DNA of 44,271 bases from a virus (IMGVR_UViG_3300038393_001218:1-44271), one strand, 5' to 3'. Shown: positions 34,290 through 43,405, numbered from the stretch's first letter. Notes: generated from the letters alone by a model not told the origin. Translations and numbers: made by a program.

Positions 34290-34633
34290 TGAACGCGGAT
34301 TTAACAGCCAATCCGCACGTATGCGGTATTAGCGTCCTCGGTAAGCGGCACGCCTCCGTCCTAGACGACATCGGCTCGGCGCTTCTCATCATCAAACAGC
34401 AGCGTGGTCTCACCCTCGTTGAGATGGGTGAGGACATTCGCAAGAGCGACGACACGATTGCCCGCTACATCGCTGGCGAGAAGGAAATGGGCGTCGTCAC
34501 ATGGCTGCGTGCCGTTGAAGCTTATCCCGAGCTTCCGAACCTTGTCTCCGAGAGCGCCACAGAGCGCGAGCTACGCGCCAAGCAGCAGCCGCTCGACTTG
34601 GAGCTTACCCGCCAACGGAGTCAGGCAGCATGA
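34289..34633 (+). CDS. HTH regulator (CII-like position)
   Basis: GLTLVEMGEDIRKSDDTIARYIAGE. Confidence 0.65.
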   Translation: MNADLTANPHVCGISVLGKRHASVLDDIGSALLIIKQQRGLTLVEMGEDIRKSDDTIARYIAGEKEMGVVTWLRAVEAYPELPNLVSESATERELRAKQQPLDLELTRQRSQAA

Positions 34634-35292
34634 GCCGCGTCGAGCATATCGGGCGGGCTACGCTTTACCTTGGGGATTGCCGGGACATTCTGCCGACGCT
34701 TCCCAAGGTGGACGCGGTTGTGACTGATCCTCCTTATGGGATTGGCAAGCGGCTTACTTCTGGCGGCGCGCGCTCTGGTGGTTGGCATCGGATGGTCGCC
34801 AGTGACGCGCACGAATGGGATGTCCGCCCAGAGCCAGAACTGTTTGATTCTCTGTTCGCACTCTCAACTGACCAGATCATTTGGGGCGGCAACTTCTTTG
34901 GTCTGCCTCCGTGCGAAAAACCGCTCTGTTGGGATAAAGTTCGCCCGAACCAGAAGAACGTCAGCGAATGGGAATATGCGTGGACCTCATTGGTAGGCCG
35001 CGCTCAGATGATCCAGCACTGCGCTAACGGCGGCTTCGTCATTGACGCGCCGCGCGAGCACCCGACCCAGAAGCCGCTTCCGGTGATGAAGTGGTGCCTC
35101 GACTTCCTTCCGAATGCCCAAACTATCTTGGACCCGTTCATGGGCAGCGGAACTACGGGCGTTGCAGCTATCCAAGCTGGCCGCTCTTTTATCGGCATCG
35201 AGCGCGATCCTGACTACTTCGCAATCGCAGTTCGCCGCATCCGTGAGGCTAATGGCGACGACGCCGGCCCCCTATTTGGAGAGGCGGCGTGA
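34630..35292 (+). CDS. N6-adenine/N4-cytosine DNA methyltransferase (beta class), orphan
   Basis: VTDPPYG precedes HPTQKP and LDPFMGSGTTG. Confidence 0.92.
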   Translation: MSRVEHIGRATLYLGDCRDILPTLPKVDAVVTDPPYGIGKRLTSGGARSGGWHRMVASDAHEWDVRPEPELFDSLFALSTDQIIWGGNFFGLPPCEKPLCWDKVRPNQKNVSEWEYAWTSLVGRAQMIQHCANGGFVIDAPREHPTQKPLPVMKWCLDFLPNAQTILDPFMGSGTTGVAAIQAGRSFIGIERDPDYFAIAVRRIREANGDDAGPLFGEAA

Positions 35293-35474
35293 GGGTTGTC
35301 GCAGACCTGAATCATCCGCAGCCTGAGCGGTTTGCTGTTCTTGAGGTTCATTTAGACCAGCGGGACGGCGATGGTTGCCGAGCCACCGTGCTGTCTCTGC
35401 ACATGGATAGAGCCGAGGCAGAGAGGGCGGCTCGAACATCTAGCAATAACAGTTCCGAGGGGACCGCGGCATGA
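35289..35474 (+). CDS. Hypothetical protein
   Basis: GAGG RBS; coupled overlaps. Confidence 0.5.
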   Translation: MRVVADLNHPQPERFAVLEVHLDQRDGDGCRATVLSLHMDRAEAERAARTSSNNSSEGTAA

Positions 35475-35671
35475 CCAGGAAATCAGATGGATATACCAAT
35501 CCGACGTGGTTCAACGCTGCGCTTCGTGAGGCATCGTTCATTTTAGAGGACATCCTCTGGGAAACTCACAACGAAAGCGATGAATACGCGCCGATAGTCC
35601 GCGCGATCGACGCCCTTCAGGATGCCGACTTAGCCTTAGAACGCGCTGCCGCGAGAGGGAGCGCCGCATGA
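35471..35671 (+). CDS. Hypothetical protein
   Basis: Coupled overlaps. Confidence 0.55.
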   Translation: MTRKSDGYTNPTWFNAALREASFILEDILWETHNESDEYAPIVRAIDALQDADLALERAAARGSAA

Positions 35672-35841
35672 ACTTCCTCCGCAACTGGCTCTTCCGTCAC
35701 TCCTGTAACCGCACAATCGCAAGCGCTCGTGAGCTGGCGCTTCACGGAGCAAGAAAGCGCGAACAAGCCTGGATCGCATTGCGCGATGCAAAGACCGAGC
35801 AACTACGGCGAGAGATTGAGCTGAAGCGGGGGCTGGCGTGA
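35668..35841 (+). CDS. Hypothetical 57-aa protein (not in ORF track)
   Basis: GGGAG RBS; ATGA and TGATG coupling. Confidence 0.55.
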   Translation: MNFLRNWLFRHSCNRTIASARELALHGARKREQAWIALRDAKTEQLRREIELKRGLA

Positions 35842-36977
35842 TGCGCTACCTCTCAGTCTGCTCCGGCATCGAAGCCGCCACCGTCGCTTGGCATCCGCTC
35901 GGATGGGAAGCTGCTGCGTTCAGCGAGATCGAGGCATTCCCGCGCGCCGTGCTGGCCTATCACTACCCCGATGTGCCGTGCCACGGCGACTTTACCACAA
36001 TCGGAGCCGATGAGTATGGCCCAATTGACCTTCTTGTCGGAGGCACCCCCTGTCAGAGCTTCAGTGTCGCTGGCCTTAGAGGCGGACTGGCTGATGAGCG
36101 CGGCAACCTGGCCCTCGAATATCTTAGGCTGGCTGACCGCAAACGGCCCCAGTGGCTGGTTTGGGAGAACGTCCCCGGCGTCCTGTCATCGAACGGAGGA
36201 CGGGACTTTGGTGCCATTCTCGGGGGCATGGTCGAACTCGGGTATAGCTTCGCCTACCGAGTGCTTGACGCTCAGTTCTTTGGAGTTCCCCAACGGCGCC
36301 GCCGCGTCTTCGTTGTCGGACATCTTGGAGATTGGCGACGTGCCGCAGCGGTTCTATTTGAGCGCCACAGCCTGTCGGGGAATCCTGCGCCGAGCCGTGA
36401 AGCGGGGCAAGCAACTGCCGGAACCCTTAAGGCTTGCGCTGGAAAGAGCGGCACTCCCAATGGAGCCGAAGAAGCCGATCGACTGATCGTCTCTCAGTGG
36501 GGCGACCAAGCGGGAGCGCTCACGGCTCGGCACGACAGCAGCCCGTGTGCGGATCGAGGACAGAACATCATCGCGTTCAGCGGCCAGTCGCTCGGTTGCG
36601 ATAGCGATTTAGCCCCAACGCTCGACACCGGCGCCGAACACCATAACCGCAGCATCCATGCGTTCATGGAGAATGTCCGCGCAGAGTTGCGGATTTCGGA
36701 GCAAACCGACGCTCTTACCCGCGGTGGCGGGAAGCCGGGCCAAGGCTATGCCGCTGCGATGGTGGGATCTCAGGTCCGCCGTCTGACGGTTCCAGAGTGC
36801 GAACGCCTCCAGGGCTTCCCCGACGATTACACACTAGTTCCCTATCGCGGAAACCTCGCTGCTGATGGTCCACGATACAAAGCGCTCGGCAATTCGATGG
36901 CTGTTCCGGTGATGCGCTGGATCGGTGAGCGGATTGCAATGGTCGAAGCGCTTCAATCGCAAAGCCTCGCCGCATGA
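35841..36977 (+). CDS. C5-cytosine DNA methyltransferase, orphan
   Basis: SVCSGIEA (I), GGTPCQSFS (IV), WENVPG (VI), PQRRRRVF (VIII), RRLTVPECERLQGFP (IX), YKALGNS (X). Confidence 0.95.
   Translation: MRYLSVCSGIEAATVAWHPLGWEAAAFSEIEAFPRAVLAYHYPDVPCHGDFTTIGADEYGPIDLLVGGTPCQSFSVAGLRGGLADERGNLALEYLRLADRKRPQWLVWENVPGVLSSNGGRDFGAILGGMVELGYSFAYRVLDAQFFGVPQRRRRVFVVGHLGDWRRAAAVLFERHSLSGNPAPSREAGQATAGTLKACAGKSGTPNGAEEADRLIVSQWGDQAGALTARHDSSPCADRGQNIIAFSGQSLGCDSDLAPTLDTGAEHHNRSIHAFMENVRAELRISEQTDALTRGGGKPGQGYAAAMVGSQVRRLTVPECERLQGFPDDYTLVPYRGNLAADGPRYKALGNSMAVPVMRWIGERIAMVEALQSQSLAA
36016..36486 (+). CDS. Nested +1-frame ORF inside the C5 methyltransferase (M.EcoHK31I beta-like)
   Basis: GGAG RBS at 36003; WSNSGIA..SSLSDILE..FYLS..GILRRA..RGKQLP. 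Confidence 0.6.
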   Translation: MAQLTFLSEAPPVRASVSLALEADWLMSAATWPSNILGWLTANGPSGWFGRTSPASCHRTEDGTLVPFSGAWSNSGIASPTECLTLSSLEFPNGAAASSLSDILEIGDVPQRFYLSATACRGILRRAVKRGKQLPEPLRLALERAALPMEPKKPID

Positions 36978-37342
36978 CCCCACAAACCCAAACACCAGAG
37001 GGGTCGGTGCTGATCGAGCTGCCTTGGCCAGACTCAAAGCTCGCCGGCCATCACAACGTCCATTGGCGTGCGCTTCAGCCGGTAAAGGCCAAACATAAGA
37101 CTTGGGCCAAGTTCGCTGCGCTCGCGGCCGACATCACCGTTCCAGAGACAGGTGATATCCGCGTGTCAGCTACGTTCTACCCGCCCAATAAACGCGGCGA
37201 TAGAGTGAATTACCCCATTCTCGCCAAGCCTTACTGGGATGGGATCGCTGAAGCGCTCGGCGTCAATGACCGACGCTTTCTCCCCTCATATCATTTTGCC
37301 GAGCCGGTCTCAAACCCGCGCGTCGTGGTGGTGATCGGATGA
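36974..37342 (+). CDS. RusA-like Holliday junction resolvase
   Basis: IELPWP, FYPPNKRGDRVN, KPYWDGIAEALGVNDRRF. Confidence 0.8.
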   Translation: MTPQTQTPEGSVLIELPWPDSKLAGHHNVHWRALQPVKAKHKTWAKFAALAADITVPETGDIRVSATFYPPNKRGDRVNYPILAKPYWDGIAEALGVNDRRFLPSYHFAEPVSNPRVVVVIG

Positions 37343-37554
37343 ACGCCATTCCCATCACAATAGGACAACGGGCCATGTTCATCCCACACAGCGGCTACGC
37401 GCGCAGCGAGCTCTCCAAGCTCGACCGGTTCGCGGAGTATTTGGCTAACGGTTTGTCGGTGCCTGAGGCTGCGCGAGCAGTCGGCTGGCAGGCATCGCAC
37501 GGCAACTCGATGCTCCAGCGCATCCGCAAGCAGCTGGGAGCGCAAGCCAAATGA
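37339..37554 (+). CDS. Small HTH protein
   Basis: LANGLSVPEAARAVG. Confidence 0.6.
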   Translation: MNAIPITIGQRAMFIPHSGYARSELSKLDRFAEYLANGLSVPEAARAVGWQASHGNSMLQRIRKQLGAQAK

Positions 37555-37880
37555 TGGAACCTATCGAACTGCCCTCACGCACGCGCGTCTCACATCGCCC
37601 GACAACGCAGATCCAAGAGCTCGTCGCAGTCTCCTATGGGCTGCATCCCAAACACATGGTGTCGCCAGAACGACGACGAGACATCGCCTGGCCCCGCCAG
37701 ATCGCGATGTATCTCACGCGGCAGCTCACGCAAAGGTCGCTCCCAAGCATTGGTGAGGCGTTCGGCCACCGCGACCACACCACCGTCATCCACGCCATAA
37801 AAGCCGTCGAGAAGAGGATGCAAGCCGATCCTCTCTATCGCGCTGACGTCCAAGCTCTGCGGAAGGCGCTGACGAAGTGA
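37551..37880 (+). CDS. Stand-alone DnaA C-terminal (domain IV) DNA-binding protein
   Basis: PRQIAMYLTRQLTQRSLPSIGEAFGHRDHTTVIHA. Confidence 0.9.
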   Translation: MMEPIELPSRTRVSHRPTTQIQELVAVSYGLHPKHMVSPERRRDIAWPRQIAMYLTRQLTQRSLPSIGEAFGHRDHTTVIHAIKAVEKRMQADPLYRADVQALRKALTK

Positions 37881-38443
37881 GCTCCATCCAAGCAATGACG
37901 CATGTGTGGAATCTCGAACTAGCGTCGGCTGAGGAACGTGCAGTCATGCTTTGGCTCGCTGGCACGGGCGGCGGCCTTGGCTGGCCTGTTAATCCTGACT
38001 GGATCGACATGGGCGTGTTTGCTTGCTGCGGCCACGAACGCGCATGTGCTGTTACTTATGATCTCGTTGACCGCGGCTTGCTCATCTGGGGCGGCGTCGA
38101 AGAAGGATCACATAGCTGGCTGTGGATCAAATATGACGGCGAATATTACGAGCCCATAGATTGGACTCAGGAAACCAAAACCCGCTCCAAGCGCGTGGCA
38201 GCTTTGATCGAGAGGGATGGACCTGGTTGTTCATACTGCAACTGTACCCCCGTTAGCTACGAGGTAGATCACTTCGTTCCTCGCGCGAAAGGCGGGGAAG
38301 ATAGGATGAACAACCTCCTGCTCGCCTGCAAGGAGTGCAACCGGGCGAAGCGGGACAGTTTACCTGAGGACTATCTGCGCGATCGTCCTGAGCTGTTTCA
38401 CGTACTCAGCACAAACCTCAAATATCTCCACGAGGATTTATGA
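37877..38443 (+). CDS. HNH endonuclease with initiator-like N-terminal domain
   Basis: RDGPGCSYC..EVDHFVPRAKGG..NNLLLACKECNRAK. Confidence 0.85.
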   Translation: MSSIQAMTHVWNLELASAEERAVMLWLAGTGGGLGWPVNPDWIDMGVFACCGHERACAVTYDLVDRGLLIWGGVEEGSHSWLWIKYDGEYYEPIDWTQETKTRSKRVAALIERDGPGCSYCNCTPVSYEVDHFVPRAKGGEDRMNNLLLACKECNRAKRDSLPEDYLRDRPELFHVLSTNLKYLHEDL

Positions 38444-39207
38444 GCCGCTGGTATCGCGCCTATGAAGGGACCGTAACCGATCCCAAGCTCGGCGAAGCGG
38501 CAATGATGGCCGGCGTCTCGCGATCAGTTGCTATCGCTGCTTGGCATTGTCTGCTGGAGAGCGCGGCGTCGCGCAACAACTGTGGAAGCTTCGACACTTC
38601 GGCGCGCCGGATCGCTGTCATTCTGTGCGAGCCTCCTGCCGGCATCGAGGCACTATTCGCCGCCTTCGATGAGCTCGGAATGATTGGCGACGGCGCCGTT
38701 GCATCCTGGAGCAAACGCCAATTCCAAAGCGACGACAGTAAGGAACGGGTTGCCAAACACCGCGCCAAGAAACGGCGGGAAACCGCTACAAATGGAAGCG
38801 GCAACGAATGTGTGACGCCGTGTAACGGCGAGGTAACGCCCTCATATACAGAGACAGAGACAGAGACAGAAGAAGGGGTTTCTAACGAAACCTTTGTCGC
38901 TGAGCCTGAAGATTCCGAAAGCGAAGAAGGGCTCGTGCTGAAGCCTGAGCACCTTTCGGAAGCCTGGAACTCTGGTCCAGCCACCAAGGGCGCGGTTCAG
39001 TCAAAGCGGATGGGGCCGAAGCGGCGGCGCAAAGCCATATCCTTCCTCCGCAACCACCCAATCGACGACATCACCGAGGCCATTTCTGCGGTGGCCGAGT
39101 CCGACTTTCTCTGCGGTCGGACAAAAGAAGGGTTCCGAGCGGACATCGAGTTCCTGTTTTCCGACACTCATATGAACCGGCTGCTGGAGGGATTTTATGC
39201 CCGCTAA
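38440..39207 (+). CDS. Replication initiator protein
   Basis: MSRWYR..DPKL; WSKRQFQSDDSKERVAKHR; TETETE linker; C-terminal FLCG..FRADIEFL..LLEGFY. Confidence 0.8.
   Translation: MSRWYRAYEGTVTDPKLGEAAMMAGVSRSVAIAAWHCLLESAASRNNCGSFDTSARRIAVILCEPPAGIEALFAAFDELGMIGDGAVASWSKRQFQSDDSKERVAKHRAKKRRETATNGSGNECVTPCNGEVTPSYTETETETEEGVSNETFVAEPEDSESEEGLVLKPEHLSEAWNSGPATKGAVQSKRMGPKRRRKAISFLRNHPIDDITEAISAVAESDFLCGRTKEGFRADIEFLFSDTHMNRLLEGFYAR
38769..38871 (+). repeat. Putative origin: GTAACG-like hexamers at 10-11 bp spacing plus ACAGAG x4
   Basis: Hexamers at 38769, 38779, 38801, 38812, 38822, 38833; ACAGAG/A at 38848-38871. Confidence 0.5.
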
Positions 39208-39403
39208 CCCATTGATGAAGGCGATCGATCCAGCTTTCGACCGCAGTAACTGGACGCTGAAAGAGCATCGCGACCACGCCAATGCCCAGCTCGTGCTCAA
39301 GAACATCAATGAGGATCGCCGCAGAAAAGGCATGGGCCAAGTTCGCTGGGTAATTCGCGACGGTCGCGTTGTCTGCGAGATCTCATCCACCGGAGGAAGG
39401 TAA
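39197..39403 (+). CDS. Hypothetical protein
   Basis: GGAGG RBS; overlaps the initiator stop codon. Confidence 0.6.
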   Translation: MPANPLMKAIDPAFDRSNWTLKEHRDHANAQLVLKNINEDRRRKGMGQVRWVIRDGRVVCEISSTGGR

Positions 39404-39570
39404 TGGCGTCTGCTGTTCGCGTATTGGGCGGATTCGCCCGCTGGTACTGGAACCGCGTGAAGGAATTTCCGCTGGTCGTTGCCGCGTTCACTGCCGGCTG
39501 TCTGTTCGAGGCGATTTTGATCACGTTCCCGCCGGTTCTCAAGGCGGTGATGCACTGGGCTTTGGGTTAA
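39403..39570 (+). CDS. Small membrane protein, 55 aa (not in ORF track)
   Basis: GGAGG RBS; FPLVVAAFTAGCLFEAILITF. Confidence 0.5.
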   Translation: MASAVRVLGGFARWYWNRVKEFPLVVAAFTAGCLFEAILITFPPVLKAVMHWALG

Positions 39571-39583
39571 TCGGGAGGGAAGA

Positions 39584-40273
39584 ATGGCAACGGCAGCAAT
39601 GAAGTTTCCCAAGCGAAGGCGTCGGTTCGAGACAGAGGTGCATCACGGCCAGCGCGTCCTTCCGCCTGAGGAAGGGAAGCTTCTGTTGCTGGACGTAACC
39701 ATGCGAATGGATGCGCGCCGGCTACAGCGGAGGCTGGAACGTGCAACCCAGCGCCACGAAGGTTTTCCCGAGCGTCAATCGGTAGCAATTGCCATGCTCG
39801 CTGTTGAAGAGCAAATCGTCAAAGCGTTGTGGACGATCGCCCGCCAACCGTTGGGAAGAATTGCACCGATCCAGAGCGGACGTTGCGGGATCGAATATAT
39901 CCATGATCGCAGCGACGTTCACTCGATCTACGCCGATGCTGCTGGTGGGAAGTGGGATACGGTTGCCCCACGTCCATCACTGCCAAGCGCAAAGGACATC
40001 AGCCAAGCGAACAGGGTTCAGGACTGGCTGCTCTATGTGGAGGACGAGGAGCAACGCAAGCTGTTAGTGGTCGGCGCTACATCCAAGCGTGGCGACGCAG
40101 GCCGTTCTATTGCGTGGCCACGTCTGCGATCTGGTTTGCCGCAATATGGCGGATACACTGTGCGGACACTTCAGCGCCGCTATGACGAAGCACTGCGAAT
40201 AATTGTCAACGAACTAACTATTGCGCGCATGTCGTCTTTGTCGCATAAGTGCTGTTCAGCGAATGTAATCTGA
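39584..40273 (+). CDS. Probable late-gene regulator (Q-like position, C-terminal HTH)
   Basis: Last early gene; DWLLYV..RKLL..IAWPRL..RTLQRRYDEAL. Confidence 0.6.
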   Translation: MATAAMKFPKRRRRFETEVHHGQRVLPPEEGKLLLLDVTMRMDARRLQRRLERATQRHEGFPERQSVAIAMLAVEEQIVKALWTIARQPLGRIAPIQSGRCGIEYIHDRSDVHSIYADAAGGKWDTVAPRPSLPSAKDISQANRVQDWLLYVEDEEQRKLLVVGATSKRGDAGRSIAWPRLRSGLPQYGGYTVRTLQRRYDEALRIIVNELTIARMSSLSHKCCSANVI

Positions 40274-40390
40274 AGAATTGCGCCTGCGGCCACACCGGCT
40301 CGCAGGCGCTTCTCGTTTCGGGCATCGGATTGATTCGACAGCCCGACCCGGCGCCGCTCCTTCATCAACCCCTGAGCAGCGAGCGCCGGG
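40221..40390 (+). promoter_or_regulatory. Putative late promoter (TTGCGC-N17-CATAAG) and three tandem leader hairpins
   Basis: Stems at 40280-40309 (followed by TTCTCGTTT), 40318-40346 and 40347-40390. Confidence 0.5.
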
Positions 40391-40406
40391 AAACATTGGA
40401 GGCGTC

Positions 40407-40694
40407 ATGCAGCGCCAACCTGTTCGCACTGAGAGGCTAAGAGGTCGAAGAGCTGTTGAGCAAAGACAGCGCCGCCTCAAGCGAACGCATGGGTTATGCG
40501 AAGACTGCCTAGCTTGCGGTGCTACCCAGGTAGCTACTGCTGTTGACCACGTCATACCACTCGCGCTCGGTGGATCAGACGAAGACGACAACACTCGCAA
40601 CCTATGCGACTATCACCATCAACTCCGCACCTCTGAACAATTTGGCAGGGTGAAGCGAGCAGCGATAGGTAGTGATGGATGGCCAGCGCTGTAA
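40407..40694 (+). CDS. Terminase-associated HNH endonuclease (HK97 gp74-like)
   Basis: LCEDC..ATAVDHVIPLALGGSD..N.RNLCDYHH..IGSDGWP; upstream of terS. Confidence 0.88.
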   Translation: MQRQPVRTERLRGRRAVEQRQRRLKRTHGLCEDCLACGATQVATAVDHVIPLALGGSDEDDNTRNLCDYHHQLRTSEQFGRVKRAAIGSDGWPAL

Positions 40695-40805
40695 GCGGGG
40701 GGTATCATAAGATCCCAACCGCTTCAGACGGAAACCGGCGCACAACCACAAAAACTATAAACCGTAACATTGCCTCGCGCACGCGCGTAACAACCGGAGA
40801 TCATC
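40695..40805. other. Probable cos region
   Basis: HNH-terS intergenic gap beginning with a G run, the usual cos position in HK97-like phages; cut site not identified. Confidence 0.45.
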
Positions 40806-41228
40806 ATGGCTCGCAAGTCGGCCGCCGCTCTCGCGGTCGTTGGTGGAACTGACATTGACGGGCGCCCTGGCCCTCCTTCTGATCTGACCGAGTTTCAGGT
40901 TGAGGTCTGGGTGCGGACAGTCTCCAATGAATCAGCCGATACCTTCAAGACAGCAGCACTTCAGCAGCTGTTGAAGGAGTATTGCCGGCACGTTGAAACA
41001 GCCGATCGCCTGTCAAGAAAAGTCGATCGAGCAACCTGCGAGGGATCGAACATGCCCTTTCAGGAAGTCGAGGCGCTAATCCGGATGCGTGCGCGTGAGA
41101 CTGCCGCCCTCACGGACAAAGCTACGAAACTCAGGCTGACCAACCAGAGCCGCTATACTCCAGGCGCTGCGGGGACGGCGGCAAAGAACGCTGCTCCAGC
41201 GAAGAAGCCTTGGCAAAGCGTGGGTTAA
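40806..41228 (+). CDS. terS: Terminase small subunit
   Basis: PPSDL..W..LLKEYCRH..ATKLRLTNQSR; GGAG RBS. Confidence 0.85.
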   Translation: MARKSAAALAVVGGTDIDGRPGPPSDLTEFQVEVWVRTVSNESADTFKTAALQQLLKEYCRHVETADRLSRKVDRATCEGSNMPFQEVEALIRMRARETAALTDKATKLRLTNQSRYTPGAAGTAAKNAAPAKKPWQSVG

Positions 41229-42733
41229 ACAGAGCTCAGCGCAACATCGCATGGGTTCAGCAATATTGTAGAGTTCCGGAAGGCAAGGATGTTGGCAAGC
41301 CAGTTGTCCTGAGATCATGGCAGCGTAAGGAGATTGAAAAGATTTACGGCTCACCTACGCGGCGGGCAATTATCAGCTTTGGGCGGAAAAACGGGAAAAG
41401 TGCGCTAGCTTCCTTCCTGCTTTTGCTTCACCTTTGCGGTCCTGAAGCACGCCCCAATTCGCAGCTATATTCTGCGGCTCAGTCGAGAGAGCAAGCTGCG
41501 ATCCTGTTCAACCTTGCGGCTAAGTGCGTTCGCATGTCTCCGGACCTTCATTCGGTTATCATAATTCGCGACACGGCCAAGGAATTGGTCTGTGCCGAGA
41601 TCGGGACGAAGTATCGGGCTCTCTCGGCAGATGCGTCAACCGCTTATGGGTTGAGCCCGGTATTTACGGTTCATGACGAGCTCGGCCAGGTCAAAGGGCC
41701 ACGGTCGGAACTGTACGAAGCTCTGGAAACCGCTTCCGGAGCGCACGAAGATCCACTCACGGTCATCATCTCTACGCAGGCTCCGACTGACGGAGACTTG
41801 CTTTCGATTCTGATCGACGATGCGGAGAAAGGCGAAGATCCGCGGGTTAAGGTCAGTCTCTATTCGGCTGATCCAGATGCTGATCCATTTACCGAAAAGG
41901 CGATCAAGCAGGCCAACCCGGCGTTCGGGGATTTCCAGAACGCGAAAGAGACGCTGGCGATGGCGGAAGACGCGCGCCGAATGCCATCGCGGGAGCCCGA
42001 GTTTCGCAATCTGATCCTGAACCAGCGCGTCGAGATGAACTCGCCGTTCATTTCGAAGTCGGTTTGGCAATCGTGCGGCGGGGAAGTTTCCGAAGAATGG
42101 GAAGGCGAAGAGTTCGCCGGCCTCGATCTTTCTGCCACGGCCGATCTTACGGCGTTCGTTCCGATTTGCTGGGTCAAGGATGCGTGGGAGGTAAAACCCA
42201 CTTTCTGGCTTCCAGGCGAGGGGCTGAGGGAGAAGGCCAGAACTGACAGGGTGCCTTACGATGTGTGGCACGCTGACGGACAGCTTCAAACGACACCGGG
42301 TAGAGCGGTTGAATATGAGTTCGTGGCGCGGTGGATTTACGAGCACTGCGCGATACGGAATTTCAGGATCAAGATCGCCTTCGACCGTTGGGGCATGAAA
42401 CACCTTCGGCCTTGGTTGTTGAAGGCTGGTTTCAGCGAGGAGCAGATTGAGGCGATATTCGTCGAGTTCGGGCAGGGCTTCCAGTCAATGAGCCCGGCTC
42501 TGAGGGACACGGAATCGGCTCTGCTTGCTGGGAAAGTAAGGCACGGCAATCATCCGGTTCTGACGATGTGCGCGGCCAATGCGGTGGTGGCGACTGATCC
42601 AGCAGGTGGACGTAAGCTCAATAAAACGAAGTCGGCAACCCGGATTGACGGAATGGTGGCGCTGGCAATGGCGTTCGGGATTGCTCCCGATGTCGTTGAG
42701 GCGCCTGCCGCCTACGAAATGATGATCATTTAG
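41210..42733 (+). CDS. terL: Terminase large subunit
   Basis: GRKNGKS Walker A, VHDELG Walker B, GLDLS, FDRW, RIDGMVALAMA. Confidence 0.96.
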   Translation: MAKRGLNRAQRNIAWVQQYCRVPEGKDVGKPVVLRSWQRKEIEKIYGSPTRRAIISFGRKNGKSALASFLLLLHLCGPEARPNSQLYSAAQSREQAAILFNLAAKCVRMSPDLHSVIIIRDTAKELVCAEIGTKYRALSADASTAYGLSPVFTVHDELGQVKGPRSELYEALETASGAHEDPLTVIISTQAPTDGDLLSILIDDAEKGEDPRVKVSLYSADPDADPFTEKAIKQANPAFGDFQNAKETLAMAEDARRMPSREPEFRNLILNQRVEMNSPFISKSVWQSCGGEVSEEWEGEEFAGLDLSATADLTAFVPICWVKDAWEVKPTFWLPGEGLREKARTDRVPYDVWHADGQLQTTPGRAVEYEFVARWIYEHCAIRNFRIKIAFDRWGMKHLRPWLLKAGFSEEQIEAIFVEFGQGFQSMSPALRDTESALLAGKVRHGNHPVLTMCAANAVVATDPAGGRKLNKTKSATRIDGMVALAMAFGIAPDVVEAPAAYEMMII

Positions 42734-42742
42734 GAGGCTCCG

Positions 42743-43399
42743 ATGCAAAATCGCGCCTACTCGAAACTGGAAATCAAGGCGGTCGATGACCGCAAGCGGG
42801 TTATTACCGGAACGGCCACAACCCCTTCCGTTGACCGCGTTGGAGACATTATCGATCCGCTCGGCGTTGAGTTTGATAACCCACTTCCGTTTCTGTGGAT
42901 GCATGACCATCAAACGCCAGTCGGCGAGGTTCGCTTCGACAAGCCGACGAAAGCAGGCATCAATTTCACTGCCGAGTTTGTCCATCCTGACACGGTAGAG
43001 TCGGTCACGCTCAAGGATCGGCTTCAGCTCGCGTGGGATTCGGTCAAAACAGGATTGGTTCGCGCCGTCAGTGTTGGCTTTCGCCCGTTGGAGTGGGTGT
43101 GGATTGATGGCGGCGGCATCCGATACGACAAGAGCGAAGTATACGAGCTCAGCGGAGTAGTGGTCCCGGCCAACGCCGACGCGCTCATTTCTGGCGTGAA
43201 AAGCCTTTATGGCGTCACCGACCTAGACATCGTGAAAGCCGTAGACGCCGAGGCTAGGCGCGAACACGGCGTTCCAGATCCCGAAATTCCAGCCCAGCCC
43301 AAGGACGAAGCCGCGACCGGCAAATCCGTCCGTGTGGTGAAGCTGGCACCAGCCCGCGACCGGGCGCCATTCGTCGTGCGCGAGATCAAGCGCACCTGA
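42743..43399 (+). CDS. HK97-type prohead protease
   Basis: DRVGDII, FLWMHDH, AVSVGF, YELSGVVVPAN. Confidence 0.93.
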   Translation: MQNRAYSKLEIKAVDDRKRVITGTATTPSVDRVGDIIDPLGVEFDNPLPFLWMHDHQTPVGEVRFDKPTKAGINFTAEFVHPDTVESVTLKDRLQLAWDSVKTGLVRAVSVGFRPLEWVWIDGGGIRYDKSEVYELSGVVVPANADALISGVKSLYGVTDLDIVKAVDAEARREHGVPDPEIPAQPKDEAATGKSVRVVKLAPARDRAPFVVREIKRT

Positions 43400-43405
43400 C
43401 CCATC

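Noticed and set aside
34630-38443. Restriction-modification system (methyltransferases plus HNH)
   Set aside because: The genes are interspersed in a normal early operon; orphan methyltransferases and a homing-type HNH are the simpler reading.
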